64,000 bases of DNA from Octopus sinensis (Eukaryota). The translations under genes were made by a program, and so were the position numbers. The notes beneath the pieces were generated by a model. It saw nothing but the letters and a program-made list of their open reading frames with translations. It had not been told where the DNA came from and made no database searches. Of this stretch, positions 13,505 through 25,415 are shown piece after piece. The DNA lies in contig NC_043004.1 in assembly GCF_006345805.1 (NCBI RefSeq), positions 23,002,001-23,066,000 of the forward strand, given 5' to 3'. How positions within the stretch are numbered: the first letter of the stretch is position 1; every line of letters starts with the position of its first letter.

Positions 13505-14400
13505 TAAGTGACGACATGGCAAAACTTGTTCAATCGCCTAATGTTTCTATCCACAATGACAAAACAATTAGCATTTATGAAACAAGCATTACCACAAACG
13601 TAAGACTCCTCACAAACATGATTATCAAGACGTAGAAGCAAAGTGGCATCTTCACATGAAACAGCACAAATGCAGAAGACGACGAGAAAGCCATCCTCCT
13701 TAATAGTGAAAACAGCCTGGCGATGCGACCATTCGCCCTATATTACACTTACGTATCGCAAATTTAATTGCCTCCCCAAATCCAAATGGGTACTGATTAG
13801 CACTTCTAAAAGTGAGATAAACATTGTCCTAAGCATATTCGTGAACCCAGCAACTCGAATATTAGAAAGATCACAAGTTTTTTTCAACGGGATTTCAACG
13901 CAGATGTGATCGACTAGTAACGTGCTATCCAGAACAAATCAGTGTGCAGATACATGCAGATTGACTTCGTGGGTTTTTACCCATCTATACTGAAACCTCA
14001 TTCCCGAAAACTCTGAATTTTGCTAGGTTATTCACTAGTATAAGTGATCTAGATGTCGGAATCATCATGAGCGCTAAAAAGTGTTTCCTGTCTGACAACG
14101 ATACTTTCGGGGTGAAGAAAAAAAGCAATCCGCTGTTCGGCATTTCTATGTGGAGCTACAACGAGGCTGGGTTCGCCGAACTCGGCGGTTTATTCATTTT
14201 GGATAACCAGAACAAACGCTCACACCCACCAAGGTCCGCCCTTTACAGAGACGACGGCCTTGCAATCTAAAGTCATATAAACAGCTACGCCATTCACAAG
14301 TTTAGAAATGTCCTGATAAAGATATTCGAAAACTTCAGCCTGTTCGCAACTGTTACGCAACCGCGCCCTTACGTGCACACAGTCTAGCAAACGTAGAACC
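13505..14400 (+). mobile_element. PLE reverse transcriptase fragment (Neptune-like, LYRDDGLA type)
   Basis: DKTISIYE...SKSEI...FYPSI...KKKSNPLFGISMWSYNEAGFAELGGLFIL...LYRDDGLAI, with frameshifts and stops. Confidence 0.85.
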
Positions 14401-15825
14401 ACAATGAACGAGTTGTCGGCATCAGTTCTCACCCACTCGCTGGTTTACACTCATAGGCATAGCATACATACACGCATAGGCCTCAGTCACACGCATTTAT
14501 ACACTCATACATCAAGTACATACACACACGTACACACACAGAGTCAAACACACATAAGCACACACACGCTCGCAATTTCCTTCAAAGACAATACAAACAG
14601 CAAGGCGCCACCACTTTCCTCTCTAGCCTCGCGGCCCAAGAAACTCTTTTCCATGCATCCGATATCTCTGGAATGTCCACCTCGCTTATAACGAAAGCAT
14701 GAGACTCCTCTTGAACCAATGGCAACCCATTTTCCAGTAAGCATCATGGACTTCCTGCATCGCTCCATTCGATTAAATGAGTCGCACGAACTAGGTTTGC
14801 TACGAAACTTTAATTCACATGGGGCCGGTTGATATATATATATATATGCTTACATATATACTGTTCACTTTTATGAATGTCTATGCGTCTGTGTTTACTT
14901 TTATGCATGTGTGTCTGTGTTTATGTGTGAATACTTTGTACTGTTCAAGGAAGAAACAGTGAATCTCTGTGGAATTTGGTTTCGACAGTTTTGAGATATT
15001 AAACAAACAACCTCTAGAATATAAATGCAAGAGAAAATAGAGCAGTAAGAAAATCGCGTTCAGATCAATATTTATTTCATATTAGCGAATAACTCAAAAG
15101 TACGAGACAGACTAATAGAGACCTTCCGTGGACTTTCTAAAGAATTAATATTGACGTTGTTACTGGTACATTTTTATCCTTTTGTCCTGAAGTTGCGCTG
15201 TGTTATAAGGAGTTTGCACAGAAATGATCGATGACAGTAATGTAACATATTTCATGAGAAGCGTAACTTATATGTAACTAGGTTTTACCATTTCTCAGAG
15301 AATATCACTCTTATAGTTTATCATATAAATGGTGGAATTTGGAATTACTGTTATCTGCCCTACAGAAACCTTGTCAGTAGTTACACAGAAAATAGAAGAC
15401 AGATAGATTGATTGAGTTATTGATTGATTGATTGATAGACAGACAGACAGAAAGACGGACGTATGGATTTACTTCGACCATCCATTATCTTGCCATATCA
15501 AGCTGAATAAACACCTACCTACTTCAAAATAAACATTCAATGAATAGTGCTTTATGAGATCTTACCAAAACAAGTCCTTGCAGTAAAACTCACTAAACGA
15601 CCTGTTCCATGTATACAAAGAAAAAAGAAAACAAATTATTTGGACCGTATATCATCCTATATATAAATAGAGATGTAAATGATTTTATTTTCTTTAATAG
15701 CTTACAATATTTGAAATATAATCGATTCTTTGAAAAATAATTTTATAAATGATATCAACCACACTTTATAAAACAAATGTGTATGTGTGCGTGCATATAC
15801 GTGTCTGTGAGTGAGTGTACATATT

Positions 15826-15894
15826 TATGTATGTATGTATGTATGTATGTATGTATGTATGTATGTATGTATGTATGTATGTATGTATGTATGT
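15826..15894 (+). repeat. (ATGT)n microsatellite
   Basis: Pure tetranucleotide run. Confidence 0.95.
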
Positions 15895-16412
15895 ATTGAA
15901 ATTAATGTGTAGTAAGTGAGATAATGACAATGGCAGATCAATCTGTGCAAAGCATTTTTATTGATTTTTCGTGTATTACATCGTAAGAAACGCTCACCAC
16001 ATCTACAGACCACCAAACTACCCACGTAACAAAAGTTGACGGCCTTAACACACAGGTGAGAAAATCTTAGTCACAGCATCATCAGTAGGAGTGTTAACAA
16101 TAGCCAAACAGCCAATCATAAACTTTGGATATTCTTCAACTGAGCAAACAGGGAAAAAAAGGTGTGTTATTATAATCAGCTGTTAGTGTTTAATCAATAA
16201 ATAATATTCCAGTCTTCCATTACAAAATATGTGTATATGTAAATTTGAATGAATATATATATATATATATAGGTATATATATATATATTTTAATATATAT
16301 ACATATATATGTGTGTATATATACATATATATACACATATATATACGTTATGCATTAGATATATGTATATTACGATATTTGTAATATATATGATGTATAT
16401 ATATATGTATAT

Positions 16413-16454
<42 letters not shown>

Positions 16455-17433
16455 TAGATAGATAGTGATATATCAAATATCATGCAACAATTTGATTTAT
16501 TAAACTTATCCTCGCCTTCCATTTATATGTCACAATTAAGACATGACAATTGAGGACAGCATCATAAAAGTAGAGGAAATAAACTCAAAAATCAGGATTC
16601 CTCCAAATTTGACGTGCGGTTAATAAAAATGAAAGTTTATTGCCTATGGATAAGCGACTAGCTGTGGCCATATGATTCTGCTTTTTCAGCATGCCAGTTG
16701 TCTTATCCAATTTCGAACAGCCAAGGGACATAAATATATGCAACAAGAAAACACATTGATGGTCTAGATCATTTGCATAAATTACGCAAGAATGAGCTAA
16801 GACATAATAACTCAAACTGTCCCGTAGCAAGTAGATGAACTACATAGAGAATACAAGGATATCGAGTAACAGACAATATAAATTCTTCATTTAGTAGAAT
16901 CGTGTCTGCCTTTAGAAAACCTTTTGCTTAATGACTTGTAAACATTGGAGAAATTGCTGATTGCTCAGCTATATTTGTATTTGGTGATGGCCGCTCTTAC
17001 TTTAGAGGCAGAGATAATTTGAATAAGTCAAGAATTTGTATGGCATTGTATTTGATATTCTCTTAGACTCTTTTGTTCACACATGTCACAGACCACTGTC
17101 AGGTTTATCTTAGCTCATTTTCGTTTTATTTATGCAAATCACCCAGGCCGAAAATATGTTCTACAAATTTGCATATAACTATGTGTCCTATACTTACGGA
17201 GATAGGTTGCTGAAATTGCTTTTCGCCATTTTCAAGCATCCTTGATTTTTGAGAGTAACTATCATTCTTATTTGGAACTGCTTTCAGATGTCATTTTGTA
17301 ATTGCCACACATCATGTAGACGAAGGTATTTTGAATAAATCAAGAATTTATGCAATGAGGCATTTGATAAACTTTAGATGGCTATATTTATATATGTTTG
17401 TGTTCATGTGTGTATGTGTGCGTGTCTGCGTGC

Positions 17434-17480
<47 letters not shown>

Positions 17481-17910
17481 TATAAAGTTAATGTTTGCAT
17501 TTCTTGCTTTTCAATTACTAAATGTTGTTCATGAATCATTGTCATTTATATTCAATATGCAACAATTATCGACACCCGCATTAGCTTATCGATTTACCCT
17601 TAATGCACAACTTATGCATACCAATGCGTATGTTTCAGTAAACCGTTATGCACGTTATGTAAACATGTGCAACGATACTGCAGTTATATATATATATATA
17701 TATATATCACCACAAAAGAAGCTATCAGATGTTGTGAAGAGAGGCTTGAGTAGAACATGCGTTTTGTTGAATCTAACTTCCATACTGCACGAATGATTAT
17801 TTCACATCTACGGACTATATAATTGGTTTCTTAGACATCATTGTATGGGAATTACACACTTCTTATTGTTGTAATACATGTAATACACGCTCTGTGCCTG
17901 GAGATATATT

Positions 17911-17938
17911 CTCGTGTAGCAAAACACGGGTATACTAA
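17911..17938 (+). mobile_element. Possible Helitron 3' end
   Basis: Hairpin CTCGTGT-AGCAAA-ACACGGG followed by TATA-CTAA (fits CTRR). The next base is C rather than the usual T. Confidence 0.4.
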
Positions 17939-18792
17939 CAATATAAGAATTCGTCTGAACAGGAAAACAAAAGAATTAATGTATATTACTCAAATACATA
18001 AAAAAAGTTAATATATGTTACTAAAGGAATAATGTATAGTGACACATCTAAAAAGTACATCTGTTATTGAGAGACTATGGTAAGTTGATGTTGTGTTTTT
18101 CACTGTATTAATACAATTCAGTTAAACAGAGACAACTAACAAAAACTGCCATTTTATACAAGCCAGAACATTTAAACAATCTGGGTGACTAAGTTGGCTA
18201 ATTAGCTTCGCTTTCATATCAGAAAAATTTCATTATTTTTTAAACTGATTTTATGTTGTTTCTATATTAGTGTGATTATACTAGAGGCTATCATTGCATG
18301 ACAATTATCATTTCTGCCTTCATGTGAATGCATGGCAGGGCTTCTACTTCTTTTGTCTTAAATATTTATTTTATTTATTTATTTATTTTATTTATTTATT
18401 TATTTGCTTTTGAAATCATTTGTATGCAGAGAAACATGTTTGGCAGAAATGAAATATTAAGATCTGTACTGAGAAATGACTTGGTTCACAAGCAGTGAAG
18501 TGATTCAATGCAGAATAATTAATGCAACAAATTCAATTCTTTGGTAGTTGGTTTCCTTGCAGTGATAATGATGTATATTACTAACAGTTAACTGGAGTGA
18601 AAACTGTGGAGCACATAATAAAATGTTCAAGAGCTAGCGCTATTGGTACATGAATTTTCATTGTTCCCTAAAATAATTAATAATTTGCATAGAAGGTAAA
18701 CATCCATCCTTCCTAGCTACAGCACTCTGAGTAATAATATAGGCTCTCATTATACGATTTCCAAAGTTGCATATAATTTCTTTCTTGAATTA

Positions 18793-18933
18793 TTAGGTTG
18801 TCCCAAAAGTTCGTAAACACTTGCGAAAATTGAATTTTTACTCGCCAAGTACTAACAAAAACAACAAAAATTATTCCTCAAAATAAAGACCATTATTTTC
18901 CAAGACTTTCTACGAACTTTTGGGACAACCTTA
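18793..18933. mobile_element. Mariner-type MITE (141 bp)
   Basis: Perfect 21-bp TIR AGGTTGTCCCAAAAGTTCGTA (18795-18815 / 18911-18931) with TA flanks at 18791-92 and 18934-35. Confidence 0.9.
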
Positions 18934-19239
18934 TATAATCCTACAGTTCTGTGAAAAAAGAAAACGAAATTTTCTCCTAAAGGTTTTGGCAAATATTGCA
19001 AGAGGGAATATATTTTCAAGTATTAAATTATGTATCCCACCATACTATACGGCGCTTTATAATTAAAATAAGATTAAGATTGCTAACTATTCGTACAACT
19101 TGTCACCAATGACCCTATTATAAATTTTGCTTAATTCACTTGTGGATATATACATCTTTACATATGAATTTATACAGATAGAAAGATGGAGATACAGGCA
19201 AATATACATATAAAAACAAATGAGTGTGTACTTATGTAA

Positions 19240-20345
19240 GTCATTGTTAAGTTTTATTTCAAGATTTCTCGCTAATAGAGAAAGAGCCGGTTCCTAACCT
19301 ACATCCACTTTCATGGAATTTTAGCCTCAACAACAGGGTACTTTTGTTGGTATGTACGCATATTTGTGTGTATGTATGTATATATGCATATTTGTATGTT
19401 TTGTTTTATGTATGCATTCTAATGCATATATTTGCATACCTAGACATGCACATATATATTTAAATGATAGACTTATGGGAAGTTTTACAGATTTTTATAG
19501 TTCCAGTGATGGATTGGATCTGTAGTCTTCGAATTAGCTTTCTACTTTCAGGTTTTGAGAAGCCTAATTTATAAAGACCGGTATTTAGGCAGTGCGTTAC
19601 ATATCACGGGGCCCCAATAATTACAGGTATAAACCTGAACTTGTAATCTTGATAGAGTAACTGCAGATTTCTCAATAGTTCAGCGTAGATATCCTCTTTT
19701 TCATTGATCTTCAGTTGTATGTTAGCTAATTTCTACAATTGTACACAGTCTCTCCTCTCTGTCCCAAATCATTATATCAGGTCTGTTGTGCTTACATTTT
19801 TGAGGTCTTCACTGGGACATTCCACCAGTACTCCTTTTTTATTTTGAGTGGCTATGGCGTCTACTATTTCCTGGAATGTTATTTCTCTGTCTTCGGGGTT
19901 AAACTTCCGACAGATTTCATTACAGATTGTCCTAGCTATAACATGTCTCGTTAGTAGATAATAGCGAGATGACATTTGCGGACAACTGTTTATGATGTGG
20001 GTGATATCTTCGGAGTCACCTCTACAAAACCTGCATCGGTTGTGACATTTTAGAACTTTTCCTGCATCTCTATCACTTTCGTGCATCAGGTATTTGGTTG
20101 ATATTTCTTGTTCCTGGATTGCAAATGCATACTCTTCACAGTAAGAGGTAGTAATCCGGTTACTATCCATGATAGAATGCATGGATGATCAACGTTACTT
20201 TCATCTCTGAGCTTTCTAATAACATCCATGCATAGGTCTCTGCTCATATAGGCCCACCCTTTCATCTGATGATACGCTGCACTAGACTTGTGCAACCTCC
20301 TTGGGCATTATTCTAGGTTATCTGACCAGGAATGTTGCTCAAGAC
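19240..20345 (-). mobile_element. R4/Dong-clade non-LTR retrotransposon 3' end (CCHC knuckle + restriction-like endonuclease)
   Basis: AFAIQEQEI...CRFC...HIINSC...RH; EYWWNVPVKT..KCKHNRPDIMIWDREERLCTIVEIS...EKEDIYAELL...IPVIIGA; 3' UTR ending in AAATAAAACTTAACAATGA. Confidence 0.85.
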
Positions 20346-20509
20346 ACTGACTGCCAAGTCTTATGATGTTGTCAGCCTCATGTATGCAAACTTGCTCAAG
20401 GGAAGCACTTCGACACTTGGTAGTTGAAAGGTGTTGCCGAAAGCATATGATACGACATTCAAAGGCATGTATATATATATGTATGTACCTCTCTCTCTCT
20501 CTTTCCCTC

Positions 20510-20559
<50 letters not shown>

Positions 20560-21146
20560 CAGAGATTCTCAGTAGAGTAGACACTCTTAGTGGTGCTCAA
20601 ATGATTCAAAATTAGACTTCGATTTCTTCACAAAGGATCAATTCCATGGAGTAACGAATTGCTATAAGAGGGGTCAATTTGAGTAGATACGGAGGCAACT
20701 ATGCGGATAAACAAATTAGATATATTAAATGTAACAATTTGGGTATGGAATACAATATATGTAAATATGTATACATGCAAAATGAAAGAGAGCAGAAATT
20801 GGAGTCTTTCAGACGATCAGTTTTTAAGTATAGATATATAGATATTTATATCATTACATCCAGCTTACATAGAGTACAATCGACAAAGAAAATAAAACGG
20901 GTAGAAGAAAGATGTTATAAAAGCCCAACAGCTGTTTTGGAGGACTCGGTGATCCATTATAATGATGGTAGATGTAGTTCATCACATTATGCAGCCGTAA
21001 TGGAAGCAATTACAGTGGATAAGTCGAGCCTCCGTCATCAGACCCAAAGCACTTTCTTACTGCTTATATATGTATATATATATGTATGTGTATACACAAA
21101 CACACACACACACACACCACACACACACCACACACACACCACACAC

Positions 21147-21192
<46 letters not shown>

Positions 21193-21737
21193 GGTATTGT
21201 AGTTTGCTGCAGGCATTGTGTAGTGTTTGTGAAATGTAGCGTGACTGGAATGGCGCAACAATGCAGAGCGGAATATAATAACTTAAAAATAATTTAATTA
21301 TTCATAGTCTAACATATTTCGGAATATAAAAATTCTTCATTAATTCCTAGCAATATCTGAAGAAGGAATTTTTATATTCCGAAATAATATATGCGACTAT
21401 GAATAATTAAATTATTTATAACAGTAATTATAGTTCACTCTGCATTGTTGTACCATTCCAGACAAGTTACATATCACTCACACATATACACCGACAGGTT
21501 CACATAATTTTAAGCTCACCACACATACATTCACACGCGCTCGTCCCCATTCACACATACACATTCATATGCACCATACTGACCTAGACATGCGTTTGTG
21601 CACCTCACTTTAGTCGGGTCATCGTTACTATCTCCGCTTCTCTCACCCTCTTTATTCTAGTTATTTAATGATGTTAGACCGTTAATCCCTACACAGTGTG
21701 CATTGTTTTTCTCTCTCCAGTTTTTGCCTTCTCGTCC

Positions 21738-21773
21738 CTTTCTGTCGAAGAGTGTAGGCTCGAAACGTCAAAG
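21738..21773 (+). ncRNA. Minimal type I hammerhead-like motif (family B), A6U variant
   Basis: CTTT-CTGTCGA-A-GAGT-GTAG-GCTC-GAAAC-GTC-AAAG. Confidence 0.6.
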
Positions 21774-22169
21774 ACTTTTCCGCTCTTACCGAGCGTCAAA
21801 CTAGTACACCTACTTGTTCCTTCTCTTGTCTTCGTCATTCTTTTTCTATAAATTTGAACATGTATGGGTGTGTGTGTGTGTGTGTGTCAGATGGAAAGTG
21901 ACTGAAAGCCAAAAGAGATATATATTAATCCGAAGACGGTGTTTAACCCTTATTATCCAAGTGCAGAAGGAATCTATGAAAATCTGTGAAAATATGAAAG
22001 CAAGTCTGTTTTTATCACGCTTAGATATTGGTAGACGTTTAGCTTCGTATAATTAAAGGATCACTGTTTTCTCGAAGAGAAGTTGGGATGATGCGAAGTC
22101 AAGCATCGGAAAATTAAAACAATGAGCGTATTGTAACTCTGAACAAATTTTGGATTTCACTTCATCACA

Positions 22170-22540
22170 TATCGGATATTTGTCCTCATCTTGTTTATTG
22201 TTAACACAAAGTTTCGGCTGATATACCCTCCAGGTGTCTTGGGAAAATTTCGAACCCGGGCTCTCATTCTTAAGGTAGTCTTTGATGCTGTTGTTGTTGT
22301 TATTATTATTATTAGGTCACTGTCAAGAATCGAACTCCGAATCTTGGTGTTAGTAGCCCGCACTTTTAACCACTACGCCATATGCCCGTGGGCAATTATG
22401 GAGTGAATTTTAGGGCTTATAAATCTGATATTTCCCTCTCCTGCCTTAATAACGGCTCCCATATGCTACTCATATCTGCACTCGACCTGCGTAAGAGGTT
22501 GATGTGTTCTAGCATATGTGCTGCTTCTTATAGTTTTCGT
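22170..22540 (-). mobile_element. PLE family A 3' end, inverted arm (GIY-YIG tail + tRNA-like module + deleted HHR)
   Basis: The reverse complement aligns to 22828-23190 at about 87% identity (20 differences in a 160-nt block). Confidence 0.9.
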
Positions 22541-22980
22541 AATACAACACTTCGCAACTTAGCAAATATATCCGAGTAAAACCACCAATAGAAGTGAATA
22601 TATGAATATGACCAAAGACTGCTTGTATTCCATCCCATGTAGCTGTGGTAGGTAATACAAAGGCGAAATATACCGCCCCCTCAAAATAAGGGTAGACGTA
22701 CATCGCAAAGCTGTGACACGAGGAGATATTGATAGATCGGATATAGCTGATCGTATATGGAAAAATAGAGACCCCCCATCCTGTGGAATGAAGTTAAAAT
22801 AATAGAGAGAGAACACCACTGGAAAATACGAAAACTAAAAGAAGCAGCACATATGCTAGGACACAACAACCTCCTAAGCAGACCCAGTGCAGATATGAGT
22901 AGCATATGGTAAATGGTATTAAGGAAAGATAGGAAAACATTAGATTTATAAGCCCTAAAATTCACTCCATAATTGCCCAA

Positions 22981-23044
22981 GGGCATATGACGTAGTGTTT
23001 AAGAGCGCGGACTACTAACCCCAAGATTCCGAGTTCGATTCCTG
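22981..23044 (+). other. tRNA-like Pol III promoter module inside the PLE terminus (other copies 22315-22387 minus, 60287-60359 plus)
   Basis: A-box-like TGACGTAGTGTTT, stem-loop GGA-CTACTAA-CCC (GGG-CTACTAA-CCC in the 60 kb copy), B-box GAGTTCGATTCC, then (AAT)n. The acceptor stem is poor, so it is not a functional tRNA. Confidence 0.75.
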
Positions 23045-23101
23045 AATAATAATAATAATAATAATAACATCAAAAAATACCATAGGTTCGAAATTTCCCC
23101 A

Positions 23102-23147
23102 GACACCTAATGAAGGCTGGAGCGTATATCAGCCAAAACGTTGTGTC
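23102..23147 (+). ncRNA. Minimal type I hammerhead motif (family A), G5A and G12A mutated
   Basis: GACAC-CTAATGA-A-GGCTG-GAGCGTATAT-CAGCC-AAAAC-GTT-GTGTC. Stems I and II are perfect. Confidence 0.75.
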
Positions 23148-23700
23148 AACAACAAACAAGACGAGGACAAGTATCCGTCAATTGTAAATAATGTACGTAA
23201 TTCCTCATCTCTTAAATATAGAACTGCAAGATATAAATGATTGTGTTTTAAAATGAGTGAAACAACCTAATATATACTTTTACAATCTTTTATGTTTTTA
23301 TATGAATGGAAATTGTAATTGAGTACTACAAGGACAAAAATATATAAAAAAAATAAATATTAAGTTTTGTGACAACTTGTTTTTCTTAACTTGAATTACA
23401 AACTCTAAACGTTTGCAGTAAATGATTAAGTACTTTTATATATACACAATAGGTTTAGTCATATGTTTACAAATACGAAATAGATTAGGATGTTATTCCG
23501 CGTGGTAGAGAGTTATAATGGAATCGTTTCACTTTTGTATGAGGCCTACCAATCTAGGCAAATATAAACAAATCTGTGTTCACCTCACAATGTATGTTTC
23601 GCAGTAGGCCACCATTCAAATGATGATTAATTATACCGTAAATCATCTACGGAGTGAAAACCTTCTCTAACTGTATTGCGTGTATGAGTATGTATGTGAG

Positions 23701-23731
<31 letters not shown>

Positions 23732-23867
23732 TTCCGATGGCCGAATAACTGAAGAGATAGCGGCGTGGATTTCAGAGCAAATAATTGTAACATATCACAT
23801 TCACACATAAATTCCTCTATTTACATAATATCGAGGTTTCTTTCTTTTATTGTCTTACCATTTTTAT

Positions 23868-23907
<40 letters not shown>

Positions 23908-24089
23908 TTTATTTACAGTCTGGATAGAATTGACATATCAGTTCTATTCTAGCAAAAACTGTCCGACGAACGGTAACGTGAAACTCAGAGCAACAGGTTT
24001 TGTTGAATTTTCTGCTGCTTTAAATAAAGCATATTACTCTACCACTGGTATTTGAGCACTCTTTTTTCCACCTTGTTTCACATTTATGT

Positions 24090-24131
<42 letters not shown>

Positions 24132-24503
24132 CGTGTATCAGTCTTTTGACCTTGGCCATGCTGGATCGACCCCAGAACTTAGTCGTCATCAATGAGTATT
24201 ACTGTCTAGGGCTAAATATATACACACGTATGTATGTATGTATATATGCATGTATGTATGCATGTTTATATGTACCTATGCATGTATTTATGTTTCTTTT
24301 GCTATTTTACTTGTTTCAATCTTACAACTGCGGTGCTGGGATACCGTTTTGGAGAATATTTTCATTAGAATAAATCGATTATACTTTTCTTCTATCGGTA
24401 AATAACGGGGACGTAATCAAACCAGAACCGGTTGTCAAGTCGTGCTGGGTTACTAAGACGCGAGACAGGACCTTTTATTAGTTTCTCTCTACCAAATCCA
24501 CTC

Positions 24504-24516
24504 AATAATAATAATA

Positions 24517-24574
<58 letters not shown>
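24504..24574 (+). repeat. (AAT)n microsatellite
   Basis: Near-pure trinucleotide run. Confidence 0.95.
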
Positions 24575-24576
<2 letters not shown>

Positions 24577-24959
24577 CAGGCACTGGTATGCTTTGCTATA
24601 GTACCAGGTACTGGTTACCATGGCTTCTGATATTAACTGATTGGAAGTATTATTTACATGATTTGACTTTGTATTGAAGATGGGCTACAGCAAATATTTG
24701 GTTGACCCGAGGGTATATTAGTAGACACTTGCTCACGGCACCACACAATGCGACTGAAAACACACACACACACGTATACATCTTCACATATATATATACG
24801 ATATATAGAACAATACATGTGCGTTTATATGTCTATGGATGTTTATATATATATTTTTGTGTATGTATGACTGTGTGTTTGTGTGTGTCTGTGTTGTGAG
24901 TGTATATATATATTTATATTCATATATATATATGTGTGTGTGTGTGTGCGTTTGTGTGT

Positions 24960-25268
24960 GGAGGTGCAGTGGCCCAGTGGTTAAGGCAGCGGACTCGCGT
25001 TCGTAGGATCGCGGTTTCGATTCCCAGACCGAGCGTTGTGAGTGTTTATTCAGCGAAAACACCTAAAGTTCTACGAGGCTCCGACAGAGGGTGGTGGCGA
25101 TCCCTGCTGTACTCTTTCGCCAAAACTTTCTCTCACTCTTTCTTCCGTTGGCCTGCTCGCTTAGCCAGTGGGATGGCGTCATTTGAAGGCTAAAACAATA
25201 CGAAGCGCATTGTTTCCTGCGAGGTGTAGCAGTATCTGATAGCCTGGTCGGTCACGTGATCACGTGAT
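24960..25268 (+). mobile_element. tRNA(Arg)-like SINE, apparently full length
   Basis: GGAGGTGCAGTGGCCCAGTGGTTAAGG A-box, GGTTTCGATTCCC B-box and a CACGTGATCACGTGAT tail. Partial minus-strand copy at 60815-60972. Confidence 0.85.
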
Positions 25269-25380
25269 ATATATATATAGTTAATCCAAACATGAGAACA
25301 CAAAGCGAAAACACAACAACGCGAGGACGTGGAACAAATATAGTATTATTGGACGCTCAGGAAGGAAGGGAAGAAGGAGG

Positions 25381-25415
25381 ATTTTACGTTTCGAGCAGAG
25401 CTCTTCCTCAGAAAC
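25381..25415 (-). ncRNA. Minimal type I hammerhead motif (family C), intact core
   Basis: Minus strand reads GTTT-CTGAGGA-A-GAGC-TCT-GCTC-GAAAC-GTA-AAAT. Confidence 0.75.

Larger units (their letters stand above)
22541..23225 (+). mobile_element. PLE family A 3' end (GIY-YIG + tRNA-like module + HHR)
   Basis: DCLYSIPCSCGR*YKGE, KLKEAAHMLGHNNLLSRPS. Homologous to 59868-60508. Confidence 0.9.

Noticed and set aside
16580-17380. Possible decayed leucine-rich-repeat coding sequence (ILDLF repeated on the minus strand)
   Set aside because: No complete LxxLxLxxNxL motif and many stops. Better explained by nucleotide-level repeats.
20679-21239. 186-aa ORF
   Set aside because: It starts at TTG, runs through repeat-derived and microsatellite sequence, and has no recognisable domain.
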